Shown here in pieces: positions 1 through 11,779 of a DNA stretch of 64,000 nucleotides (positions are counted from its first letter, which is position 1; the number at the start of each line of letters is the position of its first letter). This stretch comes from Dicyema japonicum (taxonomy: Eukaryota > Animalia > Dicyemida): NCBI GenBank assembly GCA_011109175.1, contig RDEW01000096.1, forward strand, positions 9,604-73,603. Direction: 5' to 3'. The position numbers were made by a program, and so were the translations under genes. The notes below the pieces were generated by a model. That model worked only from the letters and a program-made list of their open reading frames with translations, had not been told where the DNA came from and made no database searches.

Positions 1-2333
1 GAACCATGCCTCAGAAACACAAAGATTGAGAAGAGCGATACATCGCAAACTATCTGAAGGTGGAGTCCGGGCCGCCGTGAGGACTCTAGAAGAGCATAAC
101 CGTCTAATTGAGCCAACTGAACACTCCTACGATGCACTGGTTGAACGACATCCTGGTCCGCCAGTGGACGAGCAGATCCCTACTTGCTCTGGAGAATTAC
201 CTAGTCTGATTATTTCTGAGGGGGACGTGAAAGATGCGATCCTCTCATTCGCCCCGAGCAGCAGTGGCGGACTCGACGGACTCCGTCCAGGACACCTAAA
301 AGACTTAATTGATCAGAATACGGGGAACTCTGGTGTTCGGCTATTATCGGCTATAACGAGGTTAATCAACAGAATGCTTTCCGGAAGATTACCAGAAGCA
401 ATCCGTCATATTATGTTTTCCGCCAAGTTAATTGCCTTTGATAAATGTGGAGGAGGAATTCGTCCTATTGCTGTTGGGTTTGTTTTTCGTCGACTGGCTT
501 CTAAACTTGCTAGCAGAGCAATCCTTCCGATGCTTGTCAAACAACTGCGACCAACCCAAGTAGGGGTCGGTACTCCTGGTGGATGTGAGGCGGCGGTTCA
601 TGCCGTTCGGATGTTTACTGGAAACAGAACGAACATGCCTTGTGTGGTCCTCAAGATTGACATAAAAAACGCCTTCAATACCATACGGCGCGATGTAATT
701 TTGGAAGATTGTCTTACCCATTACCCGTCTATATATAATTATGTTCATTGTTCGTATGGAAAACCGTCCAGTCTTGTACATGGGAAATACTTCATTCCCT
801 CGTCGTGTGGGGTTCAACAAGGAGACCCACTAGGACCGGCATTGTTCTGCCTCGGTGTCGACCGTGTCATGAGATGCCTTACTACTCCGCTGAACGTGTG
901 GTATTTGGATGATTGCACCCTGGGAGGTCATCCTAACAATGTATATGACTGTCTACAGAGATTACAAACACAATTGGATACGCTTGGTTTAAAGCTAAAC
1001 GCAGCCAAATGCGAAATTGTTAATTATGGATTCTCCCGATATGAATGGAATCGGATCCTATTAATGTTTCGGGGGATTATTCCTAAAATATCGGAAATCG
1101 AGCCGGATCATTTGGAAATACTTGGATGCCCTCTGGCTGAAACTGGAATTAACGACACTCTGTTGGCTAAAGAACAGCAACTAAGAAAAACTTTTTTACG
1201 CCTTGGGATGCTGGATGCACATACCTCTCTTTTTCTCATGAAAAACGCTTTATCCACGCAGAAATTAAATTACGTCCTTCGAGGGGCTCCATGTTACCTG
1301 AAAATGCAACAACTCGGGGCGATTGACTCCCTATTCCGGTCTACGACCGAACGTATTACTAATGTCGAATTCGACGAACAAGGATGGGAACAAGCAACCT
1401 TGCCCGTTCGCTTTGGTGGACTCGGAATTCTCTCACCATCTGATTTGGCACACCCGGCATATCAATCCTCATTGGACTCCAATCAGAATTTGATCATGAT
1501 GATTCTCCAGCTCCCATCAGAGTCGTCAAAGATCGAAGATTTGGTACACCCTAAAGTCAAACAACTCGGGCAGAGAGACCTTTATGAGTCTGTTTGCGAG
1601 GATAAATACGAGAGGCTTTTGAAAATATCTAACCAACACCGACGAGCCTGTCTTTTAACTGCAAGATGCGAGTGGAGCGGGGCTTGGATCAATGCCCTAC
1701 CATTGGAAACGTGGGAACTCACCTAGACGATGAAACGGTCCGCACCGGAGTCTCCATCAGACTTGGATTGAAAGTTTGTCAACCCCATGAGTGCCGATGC
1801 GGCCGGAAGGTCGACTGCTATGGACATCATGCCCTTTCTTGTCGAAAAAGCGCAGGTCGATTCGCTAGACACAAGGCTATAAATGAAGTGGTGAAGCGCG
1901 CCCTCGAGTTGGCGGGATACCCATCCATTCTAGAGCCAACGGGCTTGAGTAGGGATGATGGGAAGCGACCCGATGGAATTACTGTCTTCCCCTTCTCTCG
2001 GGGCAAATGCTTAATTTGGGATGCTGCCTGTACTGACAGCTTTTCCCAGTCGAAACTTTTGAGGTCGGCAATGAAAGCGGGAGAGGCCGCCCGTTTATAT
2101 GAAAACTCAAAAATAAAGAAATACAGCAGCCTCCTAAACCGTTTCATATACAGCCAGTGGTCGTCGAGACGAGCGGAGTCTTTGGCCCCAAGACGGTCTC
2201 TTTCCTTAGAGCACTTGGGTGTCTATTGACCAAAGCCTCGAGGGAGCGTCGGGAAACCGAGTGGCTTTTCCAAAGGATATCCCTGGCAGTAGTCAGAGGT
2301 AACAGCCACTCGATCATATCCGCTGGACTTTAG
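1..2333 (+). mobile_element. CRE-clade non-LTR retrotransposon (RT plus restriction-like endonuclease), near-intact, 5' part outside the window
   Basis: ORF 26-1726 has GIRPIAVG, DIKNAFN, GVQQGDPLGP, WYLDD and LPVRFGGLG. ORF 1666-2229 has CRC..H..C, RH..IN and RPDG..WD. Two frameshifts (~1700, ~2150); final TAG at 2331-2333. Confidence 0.92.
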
Positions 2334-2559
2334 AACGATTTTATTGTTATAAATAAATTTCTGAGTTTAACTATATTATTAACAAATTATTTTATATTAA
2401 ATTGTTATTTTTATTTAAATTATTGAATATTTTTGCATATTTTAATTTTAAAAAAAAATTACTCGCTTAACCATAAATTCTGTTTGTGGTTCTTCAATTA
2501 TGTTTGTAAATAAGAAAATAAATAGAAAACGGATAGAAAACGTCTCTTTCATCCTCAAT

Positions 2560-3060
2560 GGACTGAGACTTTTGCCATCATATAACCTTTCCAAAATGTC
2601 TCCATTTCCACGAAACATTTAATCAGAACAAAAATTCAAATCCGGAGAGACACTTTAATTCAAAGCATGGTGATTTTTCAAGAAAATATCCAATTATGGA
2701 TTGGGACGCTACACGTGTTATATTACAAGTCTGCGACTAACATGCAAGACCGCAATATCTTTTGGGGTCTATCAACAAATACATGTCCCCATTGTAAGTC
2801 AAGGAGCATGTCAATTGATCCTTTAGCCACTCGATGCGGATTCATGCTCTGCCACGACTATGTTGGGGAATAACTAGGTAGTAAGGAGTCTTCATCTTCT
2901 ATGAAATAAGTGGAGTATCCCCACGTTAGAAAGTTGCGGACTCATAATGTACAATCTGTAGTAGAGGACACCAGGGTCCAAATCAAGGTTGACAGTGTTA
3001 TCCGAACCTCGGTATTCGCCAAACACAATAAACCTGACATTGTGGCAAACGATAGGAATT
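2560..3060 (+). mobile_element. R4/Dong-type non-LTR C-terminal fragment, decayed
   Basis: MQDRNIFW, CPHC..LATRC..ML..DY and HNKPDI motifs with stops and frameshifts. Confidence 0.7.
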
Positions 3061-3184
3061 AATTAATTTTAAATCAATTCCAATGACAAACTGTTAAACC
3101 GAAAAAACTAAGTGATCCCGACAAGGCTCTCGTCTTTTCTCGGTGTTGATCCCTCGAGCCTACACAAGTACGTTGCGGACGAGC

Positions 3185-3480
3185 ACTTTCTTTTTGGCTC
3201 TTTCTCGAGCTCGATTATGCTCAGCTCGGCGCAGTCTGCTGGATCGACAGCCGATCTTGCTGAGAAAATCAAGATTAAAAAATTTGGTGAAATTGGAGAT
3301 CGCTTTTGTTTTGTACTAGTGACAATCGAATCGTCTGGTGCGGCCGGAAGTATTACAGCCTCTTTCCTGAAGGAAATCGGTGGGAAATTAGCCCATCGTA
3401 AGAAAGACGTGCGAGGTCTGGATGAGGCAACGAATTGGGATTCCAGTTGTTTGCGGAAACGCTTACTCCGTAATGTTTTA
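3185..3480 (+). mobile_element. CRE-clade 3' fragment
   Basis: AEKIKIKKF..IESSGAAG..FLKEIGGKLA, nearly identical to the copy at 37090-37330 (minus strand). Confidence 0.8.
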
Positions 3481-4117
3481 TTGTTAAACGTGTTTATAAT
3501 TTAAAAAAAGTTAATGATTTAACAATCAATTTAAATTATTCTCAACTCATTTCATTATGATTTTTAACAATAAATAATAGATTGTTATTCGTGTCATTTT
3601 TTATTTTTACAAAATTATAATTTAAACATAAAATCATAAATAATACATTCCTTTGTCTTCTAGGGAATTGGATATCTCACTGAGTTCTCCTGGTTATTTG
3701 AGTGCACTCTTCACCCTCAGAGGAAATAGCCTTTAGGTTGGCTTCTGTATGACCCTCCCAGTGATTGTTTATGAATTAATAAAATTTGCGTTTGGTTCAT
3801 TCATTTAAATAAAAAAAGCGCGTCTAGTGGACACAAACTTCGTGCGGTAGGGAATCTCCGCTTTCATCACTGTTCGATGACATATGTTCCTGAAACTTGT
3901 TGATACCAAGGTTTTTGAAGGCAATAGTAAAAATCAAAATTGTTTTATGGAGTATCAGTGCCCTGGATGGTTTGAAGAACAATAACCTTGTCACCGAGGG
4001 GTACCATCTGATTGAGAACATAAATACTTGATATCTAATCTAAATGCCTTTCATGTAACCGAAATAAATTCAAGAATTCAAAAAGTTAACTTAAATTTAA
4101 AATTAAGTCTATACAAA

Positions 4118-5221
4118 CTAAAAATCAGAGTCTTCGCTCTCAACAATGTTATTTGTGCTAATTTTCTCATCGCTGGGGAATACTTGATCAATATACACGT
4201 CGTCATCAACAGGTTTTTCCTCTACAAATGCATCCACAGACTTATTCATACTTTCCATAATAACTACACTCTTCCGCGGTTTGTCTACAACAGCACCTTT
4301 CGTATTAAATTCACCCACTTCCAACAATTCTGGCAGAGTGTAGGCATTTCGATCCAAATTCTGCTGCTTTAAGGATATCTCCGACAGATTTCGATCCATT
4401 TCCGAGTTCTCCGTGTTTTTTAGAAGATCCAAGAGAGTGCTTTTCCTCAGGTATGTAGAAGGAGTTAATTCATCCCCTTTTTCATGTTCCTTACTATTTC
4501 TGATTATTTGTTTATCAGCCGCAATCCTTGGAGAAAGTTTGGAATAATTGCTTATTATTTCTCCAATGAAAATGTCGAAATTTTTTATGAGTGCTTTATA
4601 GAATGAACTTTTTTCAACCAGACATGATCCTTCAGTCTAAATTTTTTTATAATATTAAAATATTATAAATAATCACTTTTAATTTTTAATTTTAATAATA
4701 TATTTATTTTACCAAAAGTATGTTCTTGTGATCCTCGCCTATTAACGTCGTTACATCACTACTACGCAATGAAGCGTTTAAATCACATTTATTAAGAACT
4801 CTAAAATTAACATAAAGTTACACTAAGATAGGTTTATCTACAACTTGCACGTGGTTAGCTATTTCTAGAAGTTTAAATATAGATTCTTTTAGCTTTTCCT
4901 TATCATCAGAGTCTATTACATAAATTATTCCATGTGATTCTGCATAGTAATTTTTCCCAAATGCTAATAATCGACTTATTTCCTCCCAAATCGTTAATAT
5001 TTATGAGAGTTTTATTCCTTACAAAGTCCACGTGCTGTATTCCCATAGTAGGTACAGTAGACTCGAATTTAGCTTAGATCAGTGACAAAACTCACCTCCC
5101 TCAAGTCTCTTAGCTAAAGCTGTCTTGCCTGCATTTGAGTTGCCTATGATTGTGAGAGTGATTTCTCTAAAAGTAATAACTAGACTGACTTGTCATATTT
5201 TTTGCTTGAGCTTAAACCCAT
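4118..5221 (-). CDS. ARL13B: ARL13-like ciliary small GTPase, 5 exons, ~319 aa, one extra base at ~4956-4958
   Basis: Introns 5167-5189, 5073-5095, 4801-4821 and 4637-4712. Spliced product MGLSSSK..IIGNSNAGKT..VPTMG..DLGGN..IW[+1]KNYYAESHGIIYVIDS..KPILVVLNKCD, then a helical region and an acidic low-complexity tail, matching ARL13 architecture. Confidence 0.85.
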
Positions 5222-5729
5222 TACGCCTTAAGGAATGAAATTATTGTTACCACGACAACTAATTATTATTTTGATTTTCCTTTTTTATTTGAGTTTGTGA
5301 ATTTAAACACAAGTTAGGAATTATTATTTGATATGGTGGATGCTCTAATAATTGAAAGAGAATTTCCTCTAATAATTTGTTTGGAGACTATCAGCTATCA
5401 CTTTTCTTCAAGAGATCCAGTAAAGAGCAATAAAAATTCAAGAGATACAGTCAAGAGCAATAAAGTTACTGGAAAAATATACAAATAAATTGCCCCCAGA
5501 ACACTCGAGTCTATCATAGAGGCAACTGGAGGTAATTTCTGAAGAGGAAAGAAAAAAAGACCCCCGTCAGTATAGAAAATGTATGGGGTCACGGTCGGAG
5601 CATCGAGAAAAGATGGCCCGATTATTGAGAGATGTCGGGATCACCTAAATATTAATTAGTGGTAAAGACGGTTTTTCTTTGGCTTAAATGATAATAATCA
5701 CTTTTCTCGACTGCTTCTTCCACTGGCTA

Positions 5730-7430
5730 TTCAATGTCACGTAAATAAAGCGAGGAAGTTTGCATTAACCCAGAGGTTCGACCAAGATAGGCTTGAAAAG
5801 AAACGTCTGGAAAGTTGCATGGAAAAACTGGTAGAACGGATTGTAGAGAGCTTGGCCCAAGCGGAACCTTAAGTATTCAAATGCTTATGGGTAGCACGGA
5901 AGTGCTCTTAACTAACTAATATACATTGATATTTCTTGTCTCGCCTCAACCAGGGTGATGCCCTTAATTATGGTATTGAGAATCACGTGCATGTCATCTT
6001 CAACTCTAAGACGGTTTATATTACTGATTTTCATATATGTGAATGTGAAACTGCACCTTCGAATAAGTTAGTGGAGTGGTATCTTTACTAGTGCAATGCA
6101 GTTTACAGACAGAAAGATGCTCCATAAATTCACTAAAATTCCATCAATGGTTTCTTTTAAATAATTTGAGGGTCTGCAGTGAAATTCAGAGTCAAATCAA
6201 AGATTCATCAGTTTTGAGGATTTCTGCCATGGAGGCGACAGAAGTGTTCATTAAAAGTTAGCATAAGTAAGCCATTTTATTTTTGGAGTTACATAGGCAA
6301 GCTTTTTTCAATTATACAAAAAATAACTTCATAGAATGCCGAAAAGTACCTTTATTCTTTGAAAACATTGGAACTGCATTTAGAAGATTACTGTTGAATG
6401 ACATTTACGGACTTTTGTAATTTGGATGGTTTGAGGGAATTGTTACCTACTACAGCATTGCATGCATTGAGTTTTATATAACATTACTGTTACAAGATGG
6501 ATATATTGGAATCCTAATTTAAATTAAAAAACAGTTTTATGAGGACCCCGTTGAGAAACGCCGCTCATGCTTTTATTCAACAGGGTGAGCGACTCTAATC
6601 TGCAATCATATATATTTTACAATAATAGACCATTTTACAAACTAGTCTTAGCTTTAGTTAGAATAACTATGATCATCAATGCTCTCAAATGAACTGCGTT
6701 ATGTGCTATCGCTTGAGTCCACGATTAGTTTTACTCAGTTGCTTACTTGATCGCAGGATTCCTTTGGGTTTTTGTCGTTTTCAAAAAGGCGTCATTGGAT
6801 CCACCCAACTTAGAAGGTTCAAAACACGTGTTGGAATTTACATTTCAACATTAGGCAGATATAGATTTATGAACAAAGACAAATACATGACGAGAAATCT
6901 TTATATCTTTAAATACTACCGATTTTCTTTTATCAAGAAAACGAGGGACAAGTGTAATTATTCGCGGAGAACACAGTCACCGTAATATCTCCATTTAGGG
7001 ATTCATATATGACTATGCTCCGCAGTTCAATTTACTCCTCATTTTTGGAGAATATAGGTTTTACAGCAAGTCACTTCATTATTAAACGTGTCTGAGGCGT
7101 ATTTCTCTATTATTGCAGGATAGATGACTCTTGAATTGCCTGAGCACTAAACAGGCAATATCACATTATATCGACCTCCTTTCCTTTGAGTTCCCAAATT
7201 TCCAGGTCATCATCATTGGGGAATTTTATAGCTTGGATGAGGATGAGGTATCCGGAATCCATCACTGTTATTTTTTAGCCATTATCAAGCAAACCGTAAA
7301 ATGGTTGTTGTGTGAGGTAGGCTCTGTTGACTAAAAATGTAGCCAGTTTTACTATGAGATCACTTATCTTGTTGATATGTTTGTTGTCAGTACTGATTAT
7401 AAGTAATTTAAAATATCAGAAAATAATAAT
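5730..7430 (+). mobile_element. possible highly decayed KDZ (Kyakuja-Dileera-Zisupton) transposase
   Basis: Collinear fragments HICECETAPSNKLVEW (CxC-like), RRIPLGFCRFQKG and IYSSFLENIGFTAS..KRV*G, the last resembling YxPxxxxGxGxxDGExxERxW. Confidence 0.3.
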
Positions 7431-7569
7431 TTTGATATAAATGGCATTATAGTATTAATTATTTGATTCAAAAACAAAAGATCAACTCAAACATTAATCA
7501 ACTTCATTCGGGGTGGATTTTCAAATAGGTAGAGGCATTTCTATGAAAATTTTTGCTGGCTTTTGGTTG

Positions 7570-7730
7570 GGTTGGATTCTTTTTCCAAATTTTGCTGGAC
7601 AAGACCACTAAAGAGTAAATCGGCTACGGAGGTGTCAAGTGCAATAAAGAGCATAATTTTAATGTTTGAAAAACCAATCATTTTGCACACGGACAATGGC
7701 AAGGAATTCGTAAATGAAAAAATTTTATAA
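7570..7730 (+). mobile_element. retroviral-type integrase core fragment (Ginger/KRBA2-like)
   Basis: FSKFCWTRPLKSKSATEV..PIILHTDNGKEFVN. Confidence 0.8.
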
Positions 7731-8029
7731 TATCATTAGAGTTAAGAGTTCATAAGCTTTCAGCTTTGCATGTGAGTTAGGAAAACTAAGGGATATATAT
7801 TAGAGTTATACAACGAACAGAACGTAAGAAAACTAACAATTTGACGAGACACAGTTGAAACATACAATTTGAATTGAAATAGCAAAAATCACCAATGTAA
7901 CTAAGAGAAAAAGTATCCATTAAGTCAGGAGTGAAATATATATTATCAAAAATTAAAATGATGTAAATTATATTTTGTTAATGTTGTGGATAATTTGACT
8001 AGTTTAAAGCAAACTTTGATATAAAACTT

Positions 8030-10620
8030 CATTTTTTCAAAAATTTAAGATCAATCATTAATAAGGTTGCCATTTTGTTTATTGGCTTTTTAAGTCGGTA
8101 CATTGAATATCGATTTTTAACGACTCGTATTCTACCGTATCTCATTCTGAACCGGTCACAATTAATATCCACAAATTGTTCGTTATCGAGAAAGATACTA
8201 TCCAGGAAAATCTTTTTCAGGGTATCGTAGGTTTTGGAGTAGCATCTGTTCACTTTTATGTGTAACAAATGTCATATGGCATAAGAACCCAGGGCGTTGA
8301 TATTGTCCGAATTGATAAGACAAATTTATCACCTGAAAACATCAACAACACTAAGTTTTATCTCAAGAGAAACAAAATAGAGAGAAGATAAATCTCCAAG
8401 GAAAATAGAAAAATAAATACCGTAGTAAAGTAGAGATTTTAAATCCCCGAAGAAAAGAACCGAGATATAAGTTTACTTTATAGCAAATTCGGTAGGTAGG
8501 TAAGTTATTATAAAGAAAAAAACACTGTAAATTATGTTATGGAGGAAGTAATATGAAACAGTAGGGCATGCCAACCGATTTCTACCCCGACAGTCTCCCA
8601 AAAAAATCCGTAAACACAGGGTCATCTCTGAAGATATGTGCCAGATACTTTAGTGCGATTTTTGAAACCTCGAATAAGATTTTCGATAGTTTTGCCAACC
8701 TTGCACATTTTCTTTCCAATCATAGGGGAATTAACATTCGAGGACTTATCCTGTAAGCAAGCTTTAGAGCAAAATTTCGCGTTTTTTCAAATTTCTTGAG
8801 GATAGAGTCAATCTTTTTCGAATCGTATTATCCTTCTAAACCGTATAGCATTACAGATAGCATCGCAGTGTCGAAGACATAAACAAGGTCTCCGGCTCAA
8901 GCTTTAATTTTTAACGCAGTAAAGAGCGTTCGTATTTTTTTTCTTTCGTATTTTAGCATGTTTTCATATTTTAGATTAAAAAAACAACTAGAGAGTCATT
9001 CGAACTCTCAAGATCCAACTTGGAAGTCTCCAGATTACAAAACTTCCCAAAATGTTCCAAATATATAGCAATGCTTGTTCGGTAATGGTCCCAGTTTATA
9101 CTTGTCAGATCATAGCGTACTAGAGCAGGCTTGATCTCTAAAGGAGCAAGGTTGAGTTTATAAAGAATTGGTAGATGATCACTACCAATATCACCAAACG
9201 TAATCCAAAAATTGAAGAACAGATTCCGATATTAACGCCATTCCCAAATAATTCCAGCCACTTGGAGAATAGTGATTCGGGGTCGAGGACATCACAACAG
9301 ATAACCCGGAAGACACAGATATATCATTTAAAACAAGGCCGTCTCTATTTGTCTTCAGACAACGAAGATAATTTTTTTAGGATACGAAGATAATTTTTAG
9401 ATTACATTCCTCCAATTTTCATCCACATATTTTTCACTCGTTTTTCCAGGGAAACAAACTCACACAATTCTTGGGATGTGATATTCAAGTTACGAACCCT
9501 TAGATTTAGTCTGTAGAACAAAGACGTACCTTTTTCTGCAACCAGACTTCCATTTAATATCAAGAGAACAATATCTCTCAAGTTGATAATTATCCTCACT
9601 CTTTAACTTTGTTTCATTAACAATTAATATATCAACGGGATCGGTGGATAGCATATGCACAATCTCAGAACGCCTTCTCTTTAAGGATCAGGCGTTCACC
9701 ACAATGATAATAAGAACAGTCTTCATACTTGTAGATCCTCTGCTTTTCCAAAAAGAACGTCAACAGGTTCCTGACGTCAAATCTTTTTTTGGCACAAATA
9801 TAAACCAGTTCGTCAACAGCATTTATCAATTCCAAGTCTGCAATTGGGCCTTCCACCAGATTTGGAGTACCGACAGTATTCCCTTTGCTCATGGTAACAA
9901 TGTTTGTATTCTCAGAGGTTTGGTTAGTATCTACGTTTGATATTTCCGGGTTTATTTGGGTCGAAAAATCACATTTAACCCACTTAACGGGTCGAAACAC
10001 CTTCTTAGCCATGTCTTTTGTTCTTTCTTCGAAGGCAGTCTTTGCTGAAGAACAATTACTATAACAAGCAAAATGACCAACTTTCCCGCAGTTAATGCAT
10101 TTCCTTTCACTGTCTTATCCAAACAAGAGTTCAAATTGTGTTCTCTACCACAAATTAAGCATCTTTCTTTTTCCTTGCAGAAATTCGCAATGTGCCCAAA
10201 TTTTTGGCACCAGTAGCACCTAGTTACCGGTTTTCTGTACCATTCAAAACGAACTCTCTGGAACCCAAACACCATCCCCAGTCTCACAAGTGACGTGGTT
10301 TCCACTCTAGACTTCAAAGTAAATTTTCCAACAGGAAGACTGCGCTGTCATTCATGAAACGTTAAATAGAGAAACCAAAAATAAAGATTCAAGTCATCAT
10401 CTGAGACCCAAGAAGGGATTCCCTTCACAACAACAGTGGAAGGATATAGGAAAAAGTAGTAAAAACGTGTCCATCAATACCAAATGGGACTCTCAAGCCA
10501 AAATCATCGACACAAGCCTCCATATCCTCTTTTGAGAAAAAATCAAGCTTAAATATGCCTGATTTCCTTAATGTAATTCGAGCCTTACTAATAGTTTCTT
10601 TGTAAAGAGTTGGAGTTGAT
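8030..10620 (-). mobile_element. decayed non-LTR element with gag-like CCHC ORF1 (I/Jockey group)
   Basis: ORF 9952-10317 has RCYWCQKFGHIANFC..RCLICGREH; fragmented ORF2-like sequence lies downstream. Confidence 0.7.
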
Positions 10621-10639
10621 ACACCACGCAGAGTTCAAG

Positions 10640-11640
10640 ATTATCCCGATTGTACTCTATTGGGATGGTCTAGTGACTTCACATTCGTGAAGTATGCCAG
10701 ATCTTTGAATATAAGTGAAAGAACGTATGCGAATCTTCAATCGCTGATAATCAAGAAGACTTTGGAGAGTATGATTGTGTCATATATGGGTCTTATCCAC
10801 CACTAGACTTTCCGGAGGAATTAATTTTGATGCAAAAGGAGTTCTATTCCGTAGTCGGAAATTTCAGCTTGAATAATCTGTAAGAGACTTCATTGAATTG
10901 ATGAGTGAGTTCCCTATATCAGCAGTTGTGACAGAAGTAAGGTCTTCAATATGACTCGAACTGTTGCTTCCTGGGAATGATGAAATAGCAGATTGTATAT
11001 CACCTGTGGCAGTTGACAAATGTGGAATGCCTTTCCAAATTTTCGTATCGTGTTGACCCATGTGGGAGGGTGGATGTTTTTAGATGATCTGCTCGAGGGT
11101 TTCTTAAGTTTGTTGAACCTTGTCGTCTCTTGCGAGCACACGCATGATTCCCGAATCTTATTTACTTCTTGTATATAGATATCGTTTGTCTTTAATGATC
11201 CTGGATGATAAGGGTGAATAATAAGAAATCGAAAAACTTTCCAGTGCACTTACCAAGTTAACACTTTTGTATTACAGGCATTTTTTCTTGATTTGAGGTT
11301 CCCTTCTATTAGTTCGGTTGGATGTGATCCGAGGAATGAGGTGCCAAACATAGAAGGCGGTGCCAGTCATCTTGAGTATTGTCATCGACTGTCCAGATGA
11401 TTAGCTTTGAAAGACAGGAGGCAGATGTCAGACGCGCCGACCTTGGAATCCGAGTGGGATAACCCTCACCCATACAAACTGATTCAAGCAGCGTAGGCAT
11501 TCATCCGTGTTAGATAGGCCCAGGACAGATCCAGAGGAGGCTCTTTTCGCCTGCTGTGTTTCCCAAGATATTAATGAGCATGAACAATTTGGCAGAAATT
11601 GTGCTGCCTTTCTTGTTAGCTTTTAGCATTCAAGGTGTCC
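10640..11640 (-). mobile_element. decayed CRE-clade fragment (pre-RT region)
   Basis: PTRIPRSARL..WHRLL and SAISSFPGS..HIEDLTS match the equivalent parts of the copies at 1-2333 and 37090-39340. Confidence 0.65.
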
Positions 11641-11779
11641 AAATTTGGGCAACGGGAGTATTGAATACCTACTTTCCTCTTGTTTGCTTTGCCAAAGATT
11701 AGGGAGAAGTATGGTTTATTATGTCGCGAGCGCTACTTGCAACTATGTGCTACCTGCAATATGATAATTTTGAGCCTTT

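Noticed and set aside
428-2147. Antisense ORFs over TE coding regions (also 11939-12884 and 31259-31949)
   Set aside because: Shadow frames of RT sequence with no recognisable motifs.
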